A stretch of 64,000 bases of DNA, from NCBI GenBank assembly GCA_965263355.1, contig CBDHHL010000056.1, positions 640,001 to 704,000 of the forward strand, read 5' to 3'. A program made the position numbers and the translations under genes. Under the pieces are notes generated by a model. The model had not been told where the DNA came from. It was given only the letters and a program-made list of their open reading frames with translations, and made no database searches. Source of the DNA: Leptolyngbyaceae cyanobacterium (GTDB lineage Bacteria > Cyanobacteriota > Cyanobacteriia > Phormidesmidales > Phormidesmidaceae). This document shows positions 17,670-29,200 of this stretch, one piece after another (position 1 is the stretch's first letter; the number at the start of each line of letters is the position of its first letter).

Positions 17670-17824
17670 AGGGTAGCGCCCTAACGGGTATTAATAAAAA
17701 CTGACGCTGTTAATCCTTTTTCAAACCAACAACGATAATCAGGGCTATAGGAGTATGACTCTATGCCTTTGGGTTATTGTCTACTGTGATCAGCACAATC
17801 AACCCATTGGTTAACAGAAGCTTA

Positions 17825-17854
17825 CATTCACCCCTGTTGTATCAGGGGTGAATG
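17825..17854. terminator. Hairpin directly downstream of pfkA
   Basis: CATTCACCCCTG-TTGTAT-CAGGGGTGAATG, 12-bp perfect stem. Confidence 0.6.
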
Positions 17855-17861
17855 ACGTAGT

Positions 17862-19001
17862 TTATGCCTGCGCTAACAGGATTGAATTACAGTGAATGTG
17901 GGTATCTACTATGTGGCAACTGCTATCTCCCAGGCAGATGCCCATGCCCCGAGCCGTTTTGACCAGTGTATCCTGGGGACTAACGGCCTGATACTCGGCA
18001 ATCGCCTCAGCGATGGGAACATGGACCACCTGGCGATTTTGCCAGCTCACCATGTGGTCATACTTTTCGGTGGCAATCAGATCTACGGCCTCGACGCCAA
18101 ACGCAGTGGCTAAGACGCGATCTAAGGGCGACGGTGTCCCCCCCCGCTGAACATGACCCAAGACGGTAACCCGAGTTTCAGCGCCAATGGTTTCGGTAAT
18201 CTTTTCGGCTAAATATTCGCCAATCCCCCCTAGGCGACATTGACCCAGGCGATTGGTTTGGGTCACTTTTTCGCCTGCTTCGGTACAAACGGCTTCCGCC
18301 ACAATAATGGTGGCGAAGTTGCGTTTTAGGCCCTTGATAGTTTGGCAAATATTATTGATGGTGTAAGGGATTTCAGGAATGAGGACAATATCGGCTCCCC
18401 CAGCAATGCCTGCATTAAGGGCAATATGTCCGGCATCTCGCCCCATGACCTCTAAAATCATTACCCGAGAATGGCTCGCAGCTGTAAAATGCAGCCGATC
18501 TAGAGCTTCAGTTGCAATATTGACAGCGGTATCAAACCCGATGGATCGCTCTGTACAACCCAGGTCGTTATCAATGGTCTTGGGAATACCGACTAGGTTT
18601 AGTCCACCCTGCTGGGCCAGACGGCGGAGGATGGCCATGCTGCCATCACCACCAATGCCAATCAGGGCATCTAGGCCCAGTAAATGATAGCCATCGATAA
18701 TGTCCTGGGAGCGATCGCAGGTTGTTCCATCAGGCAGAGGAAAGTCAAATGGGTTGCCTTTATTGGTTGTACCGAGAACAGTCCCTCCGGCTAGTAATAA
18801 GTTATGGGTACTCGATAGGTCAAATTCTACATATTGAGGTGGACGGGCCATCAAACCCTGGGTAGCCCGAGAGATGCCTAAGACTTCCCAGCCATAGCTA
18901 TCGGCTCGATGGACTACGGCTCGTAGGGCAGCGTTAAGCCCTGCACAGTCACCGCCACTGGTTAGTAGGCCAATTCTTTTTTTGTCCCGATGCTGTCCCA
19001 T
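17862..19001 (-). CDS. pfkA: 6-phosphofructokinase (PfkA family)
   Basis: LTSGGDCAGLN, GGTVLGT, IGGDGS, PKTIDND, EVMGRDAG, LGHVQRGG. ATG at 19001 chosen as start. Confidence 0.93.
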   Translation of the reverse strand: MGQHRDKKRIGLLTSGGDCAGLNAALRAVVHRADSYGWEVLGISRATQGLMARPPQYVEFDLSSTHNLLLAGGTVLGTTNKGNPFDFPLPDGTTCDRSQDIIDGYHLLGLDALIGIGGDGSMAILRRLAQQGGLNLVGIPKTIDNDLGCTERSIGFDTAVNIATEALDRLHFTAASHSRVMILEVMGRDAGHIALNAGIAGGADIVLIPEIPYTINNICQTIKGLKRNFATIIVAEAVCTEAGEKVTQTNRLGQCRLGGIGEYLAEKITETIGAETRVTVLGHVQRGGTPSPLDRVLATAFGVEAVDLIATEKYDHMVSWQNRQVVHVPIAEAIAEYQAVSPQDTLVKTARGMGICLGDSSCHIVDTHIHCNSILLAQA

Positions 19002-19548
19002 AATGTTCACGCTGGCTATCAAAATCGTGTTCTCAAAAGTGTGATTTTTAGACTACAGGGTTTGGGCGATAGCTATGTATATCTGCTCGGTATTCTGAAA
19101 AATAATTGATAGGAAGAAATACTCCGCAATATTTTTGTGTACCCGAGTAACAGTTTCTGTTGCTACATCAAGGGGAAAACTGACTTGAAATGTTCTAAAT
19201 AACAAACATCAAGGTCTCTGGAATTAGTCTATTAGCCAATGTATTTACCGTGTAATTGCTGATGACAACTATGAACTTCATTGGCCGCTGATCTTGCTTT
19301 ACCAAAACTTGTAGTAGCAGCATCAATCAAGCTTAATAAAGCGAGAGTAACAATATTGTTTTAGTAAATGCCTACCCCTAAGCCAGACATTTATGTTTTG
19401 AGGAGATTATAGTCAGCGTAATGGCGAATCAATCTAGAACGTATCCTTGAGAGCAGATTGATTTGTCCGGATATTGGGTCATCTTCCGGTTAGGTTAACT
19501 AATCTTTGTTAAGTGCAATAGGTTAAGGTTTTTTTACTGCGGAATACA

Positions 19549-20331
19549 ATGGCAAAGGCCATTCTAAACACTATTTCAGGCGCATTAGCAACATCGGTGG
19601 CTGTTATCGGAACAGCTGCGCCGATGGCGAGTGCCCAGGGATTTACCGGTAGTTTTGTTCCCGACCAGTGGGAGCTATTTAATAGCAGTCCGGCATTTCC
19701 TAATATTGATAATTCATTAATTACTATCGGTGGCGAGCCATTAGCTCCCTTTAATGGCTCAGTAGATTTTTCAGATGCACCTGATTCACTAACGTTATTA
19801 GGTAGCAACCAGTCGGCTATTTTGACTGCTCCAGGCTTAGCTGAATTTGGGCTGAGCTGTGATAATCCCAGCCTCCCAGCTAATTTACTATTTTTATGCA
19901 GTTCTAGTTTTACAGCGGTGTTTGTCACCGTTCCTGAAGCGCTGGATATTTCGTTTAGTTGGAACTATAAAACAACTGATAGCTTGGGTGCGGCCTTTGA
20001 CCCTTTTGGGTTTGCCATCGGCAACTTCCCGCCCACTGACCCGCAGGCTGACGGTATTTTTACTGAGCTGATTGATCGTAATGGCCCCATTGAACAATCG
20101 GGTACCACCCTTGTAGAGCTTGAAGCTGATCAAGTATTTGGCTTTCAAATTGGGACAGCTGATAACCAAGGTGGGCGCTCTGAGGCCGTTATTCGTGATT
20201 TCAGGGCAATGATTATGGAGTCTGATGAGATCGACCCGATATCAGTGCCAGAACCTACGTCAAGTGTTGCGATCGCACTACTTTCTGGTCTAGGGCTAGG
20301 TCTACGCCAAAAATCTCGTGCAGGGAAATAG
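19549..20331 (+). CDS. PEP-CTERM sorting domain surface protein
   Basis: Signal peptide (ASA/Q). C-terminal VPEPTSS, TM helix and basic tail. Confidence 0.88.
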   Translation: MAKAILNTISGALATSVAVIGTAAPMASAQGFTGSFVPDQWELFNSSPAFPNIDNSLITIGGEPLAPFNGSVDFSDAPDSLTLLGSNQSAILTAPGLAEFGLSCDNPSLPANLLFLCSSSFTAVFVTVPEALDISFSWNYKTTDSLGAAFDPFGFAIGNFPPTDPQADGIFTELIDRNGPIEQSGTTLVELEADQVFGFQIGTADNQGGRSEAVIRDFRAMIMESDEIDPISVPEPTSSVAIALLSGLGLGLRQKSRAGK

Positions 20332-20374
20332 AACGCTTACAACTTGAAAACTAGCCAGTATTTGATCTCAACTC

Positions 20375-21616
20375 TTAAATTTCAACCTTTAGGCGTTGAG
20401 GATCTTGAACAATGGTTTTGTCAGTATCTGGGTCAAAAAGATGTATGTGTTCCACCTGTATGCCCAGGGTTAGATGATCCCCGGGGCGTGGGGGATTTGC
20501 TTCAGTTCCGTCAAGACGTACAAGCAGTGTCTTGTCATCCGGTGACGCAGCAGCGGGGGCGGTTAGGTCAACGGTGAGATAGGTTTCACTACCCAGGGCT
20601 TCAGCACGCTGTACGGTAACCGCTAAATGTTTGGGCGCGGGTACCGTCAGGCGTAAATGTTCGGGGCGGATGCCGAGGGTCAGCATCTGGTTGCCATAGG
20701 CGGCCAAAATGGGTTCCCAATGGCCGGGTAAGGTAACTCGAAATGCAGGATGAATCAGCGTCAGAGGTGGCTGGACTTTGACCGTGAGAAAATTCATCGG
20801 TGGGGAACCAATAAACGCTGCCACAAACCGATTTACTGGGGAGTGGTAGAGTTCTAACGGAGCGGCAATCTGTTGAATCACCCCCTGGTGCATGACCGCG
20901 ATGCGATCCCCCATGGTCATGGCTTCTACTTGATCGTGGGTAACATAGAGTGTCGTTGTGCCCAACTGGCGTTGTAGGGCCACAATCTGGGCACGGGTCT
21001 CGGTCCGCAGCTTCGCATCCAGGTTAGACAAGGGTTCGTCCATTAAAAACACCTGGGGGTTACGGGCCATGGCTCGACCCAAGGCCACACGCTGTTTTTG
21101 ACCGCCTGAGAGCTGTCGGGGCAGACGTTTTAGCAACGGCGTAATTTGCAAAATCTCAGCAATCGCTTTTACCCGTTTAGCAATCGCCTGTTCTCGTTCT
21201 GGCCAGTAGTGAAAACCAGGGGGCAGCAGCCGAGTTAGCCCAAATAATGCCTGTTGCCAACGGCTAATGGGGGGTAAGTCACCAACGGTGCGTCTCAGCC
21301 CAAAAGCCAGGTTGTCATAGACGCTCAGATGCGGATAAAGGGCATAGCTCTGAAACACCATGGCCACGTCACGCTGTTTAGGGGGGAGGGCATTGACCCG
21401 CTGATCGCCAATGGTAATGGTCCCGCCAGTAATACTTTCTAACCCTGCAATCAGACGCAGTAGGGTACTCTTACCACAACCGGACGGCCCCACAAGCACC
21501 ATAAATTCGCCGTCTTTGACATTCAGATGAATGCGCTTGAGCACCGTTGCTGGCTTAGCATCTGAGGATTGACGAGGAAATGTTTTATAAACGTTGTCGA
21601 TAACAACCTCAGCCAC
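20375..21616 (-). CDS. Sugar/osmolyte ABC transporter ATP-binding protein (MalK/GgtA-like)
   Basis: GPSGCGKS, LSGGQKQR, MDEPLSNLD, FIGSPPMN and a C-terminal TOBE-like region. Confidence 0.9.
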   Translation of the reverse strand: MAEVVIDNVYKTFPRQSSDAKPATVLKRIHLNVKDGEFMVLVGPSGCGKSTLLRLIAGLESITGGTITIGDQRVNALPPKQRDVAMVFQSYALYPHLSVYDNLAFGLRRTVGDLPPISRWQQALFGLTRLLPPGFHYWPEREQAIAKRVKAIAEILQITPLLKRLPRQLSGGQKQRVALGRAMARNPQVFLMDEPLSNLDAKLRTETRAQIVALQRQLGTTTLYVTHDQVEAMTMGDRIAVMHQGVIQQIAAPLELYHSPVNRFVAAFIGSPPMNFLTVKVQPPLTLIHPAFRVTLPGHWEPILAAYGNQMLTLGIRPEHLRLTVPAPKHLAVTVQRAEALGSETYLTVDLTAPAAASPDDKTLLVRLDGTEANPPRPGDHLTLGIQVEHIHLFDPDTDKTIVQDPQRLKVEI

Positions 21617-21625
21617 GTTTAGTTC

Positions 21626-24118
21626 CTAGTTTGGTTCAGATACCAGAATATCGGTAATGGTTTCACCACGGGCAGGCGTAAGAATGCGATCGCAGGGTTG
21701 ACTTCGTCCCTGTAATGCCACTCGGTCTATGGCCAGACAAGCTGCCCGATCTTGACTGGTCATGACCGTAAAGTCAGCTGATTCAGGTACCTCGACTAGT
21801 ATGACTAGGCGATCACCCGTTTGACTAAACTTAAATGACTGGGAACCGATGCCACCTCGGCTACTGCGATTGATGGCGGCCACCTGCATCCGTTTGGCAT
21901 AGCCCTTAGTCGACATTAGCAGCATTTTGCTATTTTTTTGAATCGGTTGGCATCCCACCACAGAGTCTCCCTTAACTAATCGAATCGCCTGGGTTCCTTG
22001 GGAATTACGACTTGTATCCGGCAATTGCTCATGGTCAATGGTAAAGCGCAACAATCGCCCACTGGAAGACGCTAGCATCAAGTCCTGGTCTAAATCAGCA
22101 ATGACCGCATAGGCCAAGTAATCCGCTGGTTTAAGTTTAATGGCGACTAAACCACGTCCAGTAATGGACTCAAATTCGGTCAGTGGCAGGCGCTTAATTT
22201 TTCCTTGGGCCGTTACCAAAATCACCTGTTGGCCCATGGCCTTATCCGTCATCAGAATAGGGGGCAAGATGGCATCTGGATCATTGCCGATGGCATCGGG
22301 CAGTAAATGTACCAAGGGCTGTCCCTTCGATTGCCGCTGAGCCAAAGGTAAATCGTTTACAGACAAGCTATAGGCTTTACCATCGCGGGAAAATAGCAAC
22401 AAATTGTGGGTGGTCCAAGCAAATTCTGTCTGAATGGTCAGGTCGTCTAACTCCGTTAGCTTTGAGGGCGGCGACTCTAGTTTTCCTTGCCGTCGTTGAT
22501 AGGTGCGGGGTGATAACCGTCGGGCGTATCCTTTGCGGGTAAACTCAACAACGGTTTCTTCTTCCTGGGCCTCTGCTGCAAGATTGGCTAGCATTTCTTT
22601 TTCTTCCGCCCGCTCGCTGGCCGTTTGCAATCGGGTACGGCGTTCATCCTTAAATGCTTTTTTGAGCTTTCTAAGATCTTTTTTCAGGGCCTTTAGGCGC
22701 TCCTTTCGATCCGATAGCAGGAGTTCTAAGGTTTCCTTTCGTGTTGACAGTTCTTCAAACTCGTTGAGTAAATTATCTTGCTCCAATCCCACTAATCGCC
22801 GTAGGGGCATGGCTAAAATTGCATCGGCTTGCCGGTCGCTTAAATCAAACTGTTCACTGATTTCCATCTTGGCCGTTGAACCATCTGGGGCGGCCCGCAA
22901 AATTTCAATTACCTCATCAATGCTGTCCAGGGCGGTCAGTAACCCTTCGACAATGTGTAGCCGCCGATCGGTTTTTTCCAGTTCGTTGGTATATTGCCGT
23001 ACCAACGTCTCTTCACGAAAATCTAGAAATGCCTGCAGCATATGCCTCAGAGGCATCTGAACCGGCTGTCCTCCATCGAGGGCTAACATAATGGCCCCAA
23101 AGTTAACCTGCAGCGGTGTCATTTTGTACAGAGCGGCCAAAATGCTTTGGGGGTGTACCTCGCGCTTGAGTTCTATAACAACCCGCATGCCATCGCGATC
23201 GCTTTCGTCACGAATATCGGCAATCCCGTCGAGCTTACCCTGGTTAACCAAATTTGCGACTTTTTCAATCCAGCCTGCTTTATTGACCTGGTAGGGCAGT
23301 TCCGTAACGATGATGGCATTACGACGCTGTCGCCCTTTACCTGGCTGAATTTCCTCAAAGCTAGCAATGCCGCGTACGGGAATACTGCCACGGCCTGTAA
23401 GATAGGCATCATGAATCCCTTTGGTGTCAGTAATTTCACCACCCGTTGGAAAATCTGGGCCGGGAATTAACTTAAACAAAGCCTCATCGGAAATGCTGGG
23501 CCGATCAATGATTGCGATTAGCCCCTCAACAACCTCTCCCAAATTGTGAGGAGGAATATTTGTGGCCATTCCCACTGCAATCCCGGAGCTGCCATTTAGC
23601 AAGAGATTAGGTAACTGGGATGGGAGGACTACGGGCTCTTGCTGAGAACTGTCGAAGTTATCAATAAAATCAACGGTTGCTTCACTAATCTCGCTCAATA
23701 GTGCTTCATGGCTTACGGAGGCTAAACGCGTTTCCGTATAACGCATAGCCGCCGGAGGATCATTGTCCACGGAGCCAAAATTACCATGGCCGTCTAACAG
23801 CGGATAACGACTGGAGAAATCCTGCACCATTCGCACTAAGGCATCATAGACCGCCTGATCACCATGGGGGTGATATTTACCCAGCACATCTCCAACGACG
23901 CGAGCACATTTTCGAAAGGGACGATCGGGGGTTAAACCCAATTCGTGCATGGCGTAGAGAATGCGCCGATGCACTGGTTTTAGGCCATCACGGACGTCGG
24001 GCAAGGCCCGCCCGACAATAACGCTCATGGCATATTCCAGATATGATCGTTGCACCTCTGTATGAAGAGAGGTGATGACAATTTGCTCATCTGAAAACGC
24101 ATTTAGCTGGTTTGCCAT
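21626..24118 (-). CDS. gyrA: DNA gyrase/topoisomerase IV subunit A (probably the second, ParC-like cyanobacterial paralog)
   Basis: [36 protein letters not shown]. No canonical GyrA-box. Confidence 0.88.
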   Translation of the reverse strand: MANQLNAFSDEQIVITSLHTEVQRSYLEYAMSVIVGRALPDVRDGLKPVHRRILYAMHELGLTPDRPFRKCARVVGDVLGKYHPHGDQAVYDALVRMVQDFSSRYPLLDGHGNFGSVDNDPPAAMRYTETRLASVSHEALLSEISEATVDFIDNFDSSQQEPVVLPSQLPNLLLNGSSGIAVGMATNIPPHNLGEVVEGLIAIIDRPSISDEALFKLIPGPDFPTGGEITDTKGIHDAYLTGRGSIPVRGIASFEEIQPGKGRQRRNAIIVTELPYQVNKAGWIEKVANLVNQGKLDGIADIRDESDRDGMRVVIELKREVHPQSILAALYKMTPLQVNFGAIMLALDGGQPVQMPLRHMLQAFLDFREETLVRQYTNELEKTDRRLHIVEGLLTALDSIDEVIEILRAAPDGSTAKMEISEQFDLSDRQADAILAMPLRRLVGLEQDNLLNEFEELSTRKETLELLLSDRKERLKALKKDLRKLKKAFKDERRTRLQTASERAEEKEMLANLAAEAQEEETVVEFTRKGYARRLSPRTYQRRQGKLESPPSKLTELDDLTIQTEFAWTTHNLLLFSRDGKAYSLSVNDLPLAQRQSKGQPLVHLLPDAIGNDPDAILPPILMTDKAMGQQVILVTAQGKIKRLPLTEFESITGRGLVAIKLKPADYLAYAVIADLDQDLMLASSSGRLLRFTIDHEQLPDTSRNSQGTQAIRLVKGDSVVGCQPIQKNSKMLLMSTKGYAKRMQVAAINRSSRGGIGSQSFKFSQTGDRLVILVEVPESADFTVMTSQDRAACLAIDRVALQGRSQPCDRILTPARGETITDILVSEPN

Positions 24119-24357
24119 GATTTCGTATCCTTGAAAGCTGCCCTAGAGACAGTAATTAGCCTTACCAATGCTGTACCTTATACACAAGCGTCATGGATCC
24201 GCAATAGTTCAGATCCAAATCGATCAAGAATTCAATAGACTTGCCGACGGCTGTGTACCTGATTCATTGTTTTTTGACAGGTTCTATATTGATTTGATGC
24301 ACTAAGGCCAATGGCCGACAACGGCTATAGTAACTTTGCTATGTTCACGAAACGCCT

Positions 24358-24753
24358 ATGAAAACAGTTTTAATTGTGGAAGACGACATGATCAATGCCC
24401 GCGTTTTCTCTAAAATTTTGACCAAGCGCGGTGGCTTAGCGGTCAAACACACAGAAAATGTGGATGAGGTCATGCAAATTGCTGAAAGCGGTGAGATAGA
24501 CGTGATTTTAATGGATGTTTCCCTGTCCCATAGTATTTATCAAGGGAAACCGGTAGACGGCATCCGTATTACCCAGATGCTGAAGGCCAATAGTACCACT
24601 GCTGCATTACCAATTATTTTGGTAACCGCCCATGCTATGGATGGCGATCGCGAAAACTTTTTGCAACAGAGTGGAGCCGATGGCTATATTTCAAAGCCTA
24701 TTGTTGACCATCAGAAGTTTGTAGATGATGTTAAAGCCATGATTGGCGATTAG
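24358..24753 (+). CDS. Single-domain response regulator (DivK-like)
   Basis: LIVEDD, VILMD, VTAHAMDGDRE, ISKP. Confidence 0.9.
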   Translation: MKTVLIVEDDMINARVFSKILTKRGGLAVKHTENVDEVMQIAESGEIDVILMDVSLSHSIYQGKPVDGIRITQMLKANSTTAALPIILVTAHAMDGDRENFLQQSGADGYISKPIVDHQKFVDDVKAMIGD

Positions 24754-24803
24754 CGACAGGTCATCTATGGGGAAATGTATTTCAACTTAAACTAGATCAA
24801 ATA

Positions 24804-24827
24804 TACTACCTAAATGGCTAGGTAGTA
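24804..24827. terminator. Hairpin between convergent genes
   Basis: TACTACCTA-N6-TAGGTAGTA. Confidence 0.45.
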
Positions 24828-24890
24828 CATTTTAAGAATCTAAATTTTCTAGTCTAAATTGCAAATCAACAAACGGAAGTCATTTCTGAT

Positions 24891-25760
24891 CTAAAGTCCG
24901 GAAATGACTTCCTGTAATCCAGGTGTACCAAACATGGCTTCAGTGGCTTTCAATAACCGATTGCCCCAGAGATTATCTGCTAAAAATTCTAAATCAGCAT
25001 AACGACTATCACGTTCTAAGGCGGCAGTAGCTGATTCTATAGCGGCTGGTCGGTTGATGTTAGCGGCATAATGGGCGGCTGCGATCGCTAATGTGGGTTC
25101 CGGTTCCTCATCAGACAAGTTCAACGAGCGTTCCCACTGCTCAATAGCTGGCTCTAACTGGCCCATTTCATAGAGAACAAGCCCAATATTATTAACGGCT
25201 GGCCAGAAAGACTCATTGAACTTGATAGCGGCTTCATACTGATCAATCGCCTTTTCATAGCGATTGAGTTTATAGTAAGCGTTACCCAAATCAAAATGAG
25301 CCCCAGCATTACCGGGTTCTAGACCCAGACCTTTTTCTAGGGCATTGGCCGCCTGTAAATACTTTGCCTCACTAAAATAAGCGGACCCCAGGGTGAACCA
25401 AATCGTGGCATCACTACTATTGATAGATTTTGCTGTTTCTAGGGCATTAACCGCTGCAGCACTATCGCCAACCTGCAAATGTAAGCTGCCCATCAACGCC
25501 AGAATTTGTGGATCCCGAGGAGCAAGTTGAGCGGCTAGCTGAATCCGGGCTAGAGCTTCATCATATTGTTGAAATTGAGCCAACTGGGCGGCTTCCTGCG
25601 CTAAGCTCAGCCCTGTTGCCGTTAATCGTTCTTCATCCAATGGCAGCGTATAGGGCAGCAATGCTTGGGCATTTACTGCACGTGCTGTCCAACCGCACCC
25701 CAACAAGGTCAGAAGGGTAGCAAGTGCAGGACGCGTAAGCTGAGATATAAGCTGATTCAT
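24891..25760 (-). CDS. Secreted TPR-repeat protein
   Basis: Signal peptide plus multiple TPRs (AHFDLGNAYYKLNRYEKAIDQY). Confidence 0.88.
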   Translation of the reverse strand: MNQLISQLTRPALATLLTLLGCGWTARAVNAQALLPYTLPLDEERLTATGLSLAQEAAQLAQFQQYDEALARIQLAAQLAPRDPQILALMGSLHLQVGDSAAAVNALETAKSINSSDATIWFTLGSAYFSEAKYLQAANALEKGLGLEPGNAGAHFDLGNAYYKLNRYEKAIDQYEAAIKFNESFWPAVNNIGLVLYEMGQLEPAIEQWERSLNLSDEEPEPTLAIAAAHYAANINRPAAIESATAALERDSRYADLEFLADNLWGNRLLKATEAMFGTPGLQEVISGL

Positions 25761-26106
25761 AGAAAGTGGACAGGGATAGGTAAGATTTGATAAATCGTGG
25801 GCAGATAAACCACCTCCAAGTTGAAACCTGTAGATTCTTAACCGGAGAAATGTCCGTTCTGGAAGTGGTCAAGGGTTAGATACCTTCAGAAAGATTAAGT
25901 AGCAACCGCTAGAACTATCTTGGCAGATGCCTTGGGTCTACTTCATTTGAGTTGACTAGTTATCAGTATAGATACATCATCTTAGTCCATGGTTCTTACT
26001 ACTTAGGAATTTAATCTCGATGTCTAATTTACATAGTCCGTCAGCCTTCAATTTTTGGAGAGCGGGTGGGTAGAGAGTAGAGAGTGCTGCTCTAAACAAA
26101 AATCCC

Positions 26107-26234
26107 CTAGCGGTCCGTCAAGCCTAAGATTTAGAATGAGGCGAGTAAAGAGTAAAGAGTCAAAGGAGATGAAGAGTCACTCTTTACTCTTCATCAATAC
26201 AGGATCCTAATTTTTAGCGTTGACACTGCACTAG
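26107..26234. mobile_element. MITE family A (128 bp, CTAG ends, imperfect TIRs)
   Basis: CTAGCGGTCCGTCAAGCCTAA ... TTAGCGTTGACACTGCACTAG. A second copy lies at 32826-33105. Confidence 0.75.
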
Positions 26235-26235
26235 C

Positions 26236-29200
26236 TTAAAATCGGGTCTCAAACTCTAGCAAAACTCGATTTCGATCATCAAAGTTGGTTGTGCTACGAA
26301 TTGTAAATTCGTCGGTCAGTCGATAGCGCAGGTTAAATTCTGTCGGCGTATTGTCAGTCAAAATTTTGACCAGAGAGAAGGTGACGTTATCGGTGATGTC
26401 AAAGCCAACTTCTGTGGCGATATCTAGAGTAGACCCGCTATTTTCATCGCTGGAAAAGCGGGAGGAACTGGTCACTGGGAATAGTCGGAATTCGCTAAGG
26501 TTAAGGGTTCTGCCGATGAAATCCTGCAGGCTATTGAGCAAGGCCCCGCCAAAGAAGTTAAGTACCCCCTGCCCCGACTGTAAGGCAGCCACATAGCTAC
26601 CACTGAGTAAGTTAACGATTTCCTGTCTAGACCGGGGGGGAGAGCTAGAAAATTCAATCACAGCATCGCTAATGTCTGAGAGAAATAAACTTTCTAGCAA
26701 GTTACTCGTGCTTCCTTTGTAGCTAGCACGGATACGAATAGTTTCCAAGCCTGTGGTGCTCTGAAACGGATCAATGGAATTATCTGCAACTTCTGATGAT
26801 GAGGCAAAGGTCGTTGCTTCCACGACGTTATTTTGCTGCGTTTCTGCCACCGAGGTGCGCAATTGAATATCGAGCAGGGGATCGGCGATCCCCCGTTCTG
26901 GGATAAAGCGGGCCGTATTATTGCGGCCCGCCAGACGGAATGTGGTGGTCAGTAGATTGATCTGCCCTGATCGTAGACGAATAGTCCCTGTCGGTTGGAT
27001 GGCTCCAAAGGGTCTGAGGGGGCCTGTAATATTTAAATCTCCCTGGGCTAGAACATTGAGTAGATTGCTCTGTTGAATCTGAATGTTATTTGCCAGAGTG
27101 ATTTTGAGGTTTTCAAATCGGGGTACAAAGGGAGAGATTTCTGGTACTGCTGGGGAGACTGCATTATTGTTGCCTTCCGGGAGGAATAGACGACCATTTT
27201 TTAGTTCTACGACGCCCCCTAGCTGCGGACCTAATAGCAAACTACCGCCGACGACTATCTTGCCTTCAACACCGCCTCTGTAAATACCCCGGAGGTCAAG
27301 ATCAATATCATTTAGCGTGACGGTGAGGGCTCCAGATGAATGAACAATGGACGATTCATCGGCTTCCCCAGGAATCGTCTCCGATGTTATTACAGTCCCA
27401 TCTTCTTCATTGGGTGTGCTGGGTGTAATAGGTGTGCCGATGTTACTACCATTAAAGGCATCAGCACCTAAGAGTGCGAGCCTAGGTCCGTCAATGATAA
27501 ATGGATAGGCCAGGGGAAAACTGCCTGCTGCTCGCAGTTGGCCATTGCTATAGGTGCCTTGTAGCTGCTTGACATTAATCTGGTCATTTTCAAAAACAAC
27601 GCTGCTGGAAAAATTGGTGAGGGGATCTGGCAGCAGGGGCGATCGCAACACGGCATCCTGCACCTCCATCGAACCACTGACCGTGGGGTTACTTAAACTA
27701 CCCCCAATTTCAAGGGATACCTGGCCTTTTCCTGATTCCCACAGCACCTGACTATTGAGAGCATTGAGTAGGGCCAAGCCTTCATCAGCCACATCCAGAC
27801 TCAAGGAAATACTGTCATTGGCAGGTTTCACCTTCATAAACTCAAAGGCATAGGGAATATCTCCCACCAGGGTTAGGGGCTGCGGATTGTTAACCTGGAG
27901 TAACTCGCCCTGTAGGATTAAACGGGCATTTTCGTATAGAAACAACCCTCCAGCCTTTGCAATCGGCTGATTGTTGATGCTGCCATCGGCCAGAATAATA
28001 TCGCCACGAACGGTAGGATTATCGAGACCGCCGCTAAAGTTGGCGATGCTATTTAACCGCCCCTGTAGTCCTATGGGCAGATTAAAGATATCCCGCACCG
28101 CTGCCACCGGTAGTTGTTCAGCCACCAGCTGCAGACTGGAACTATCCTGCTCAACCAAGGACAGGTTGCCTGCCAGGTTTACGAAAGCCAGCTGGGGATT
28201 GCCATCGGCATCTGGTGGTAATGCCGTCTCCAAACGCACGGGTTGAAGGGTGAGATTACCATTGGAGAGCTGTCCTTGGGCAATCACTCGGTCGGCCACA
28301 AAGTCCCGAGTCCAGGTCCAATCTTGACCATCGACATCAAACACAATTTCGGGCAGTTGCTGCGGTTGACCGCTCAGTCTGACCGTTGCATCAAATCTTC
28401 CTTGCAACTGATTGATGGGAGGAATAGGATTTTGCTCTTCAGCCAGGGCTACCTGATCTTGAATCTTCTGAATTTCTGCCAAACGGCGGAGCTGATCAAG
28501 GAGTGTAGCGTCAGCGTTGCCAGTAGATTGGGTCGCTAAAACCTCTGGAATGTCCGCTGGCGCTGGCTGGTTTGCCAGCCATGTGGGTGACTGGAATGTT
28601 TGGATTAAATCTTCCAGATCGATGATGGCCAGGGCTGTGAGAATATCCTTAACATCACCGTTTTCAACATCGACTTTAGCGTTGTAAGCCAGGGTTTCCA
28701 GCTGTAAATTACCGTTAAATTGATAGACGCTGTCTGCAACCTGTTCAGCGCCACAATAGCTGGGTAATGGTCTGCTATTGGTTTCTAGTTGCCCTGAGCA
28801 GGCATTAAATATCAGTTCACCCTGGTCCACAAAGACATAGCGATCGCGATAGGCTATTTGCCCCGTAAGTTGTTGCCCATTGAGATACCCCAAGCCTGGT
28901 TGATCGATAAAAACCCCACCTACCAGGGTCTGACGATTTAGATCCACGACCCATTCTCCTTGGGAAGAAAGGGTGCCCTTGAAACCACCACCTAAGCGCT
29001 CCACTGCTGGTAAGCCTAATGCTTGCAAGGGCAGATTTTGCAAGCTGGCCCTCAATAGATCACCATCGGTACGACCGGTGGCTTGGGCCCCTTGCCAGCT
29101 GACATCAAAGGCAAAATCACGCGGCTGAAAACTAATGGCAATACCATCTGCCAGCCCGTCAGGTGTTACAGGACCACTTTTCCCGTCCAAATCCACCATT

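Noticed and set aside
19492..19527. Pho box before the PEP-CTERM gene (three GTTAA repeats)
   Set aside because: Period is 14 bp rather than 11, and the orientation is opposite; it may be another site but I cannot support it.
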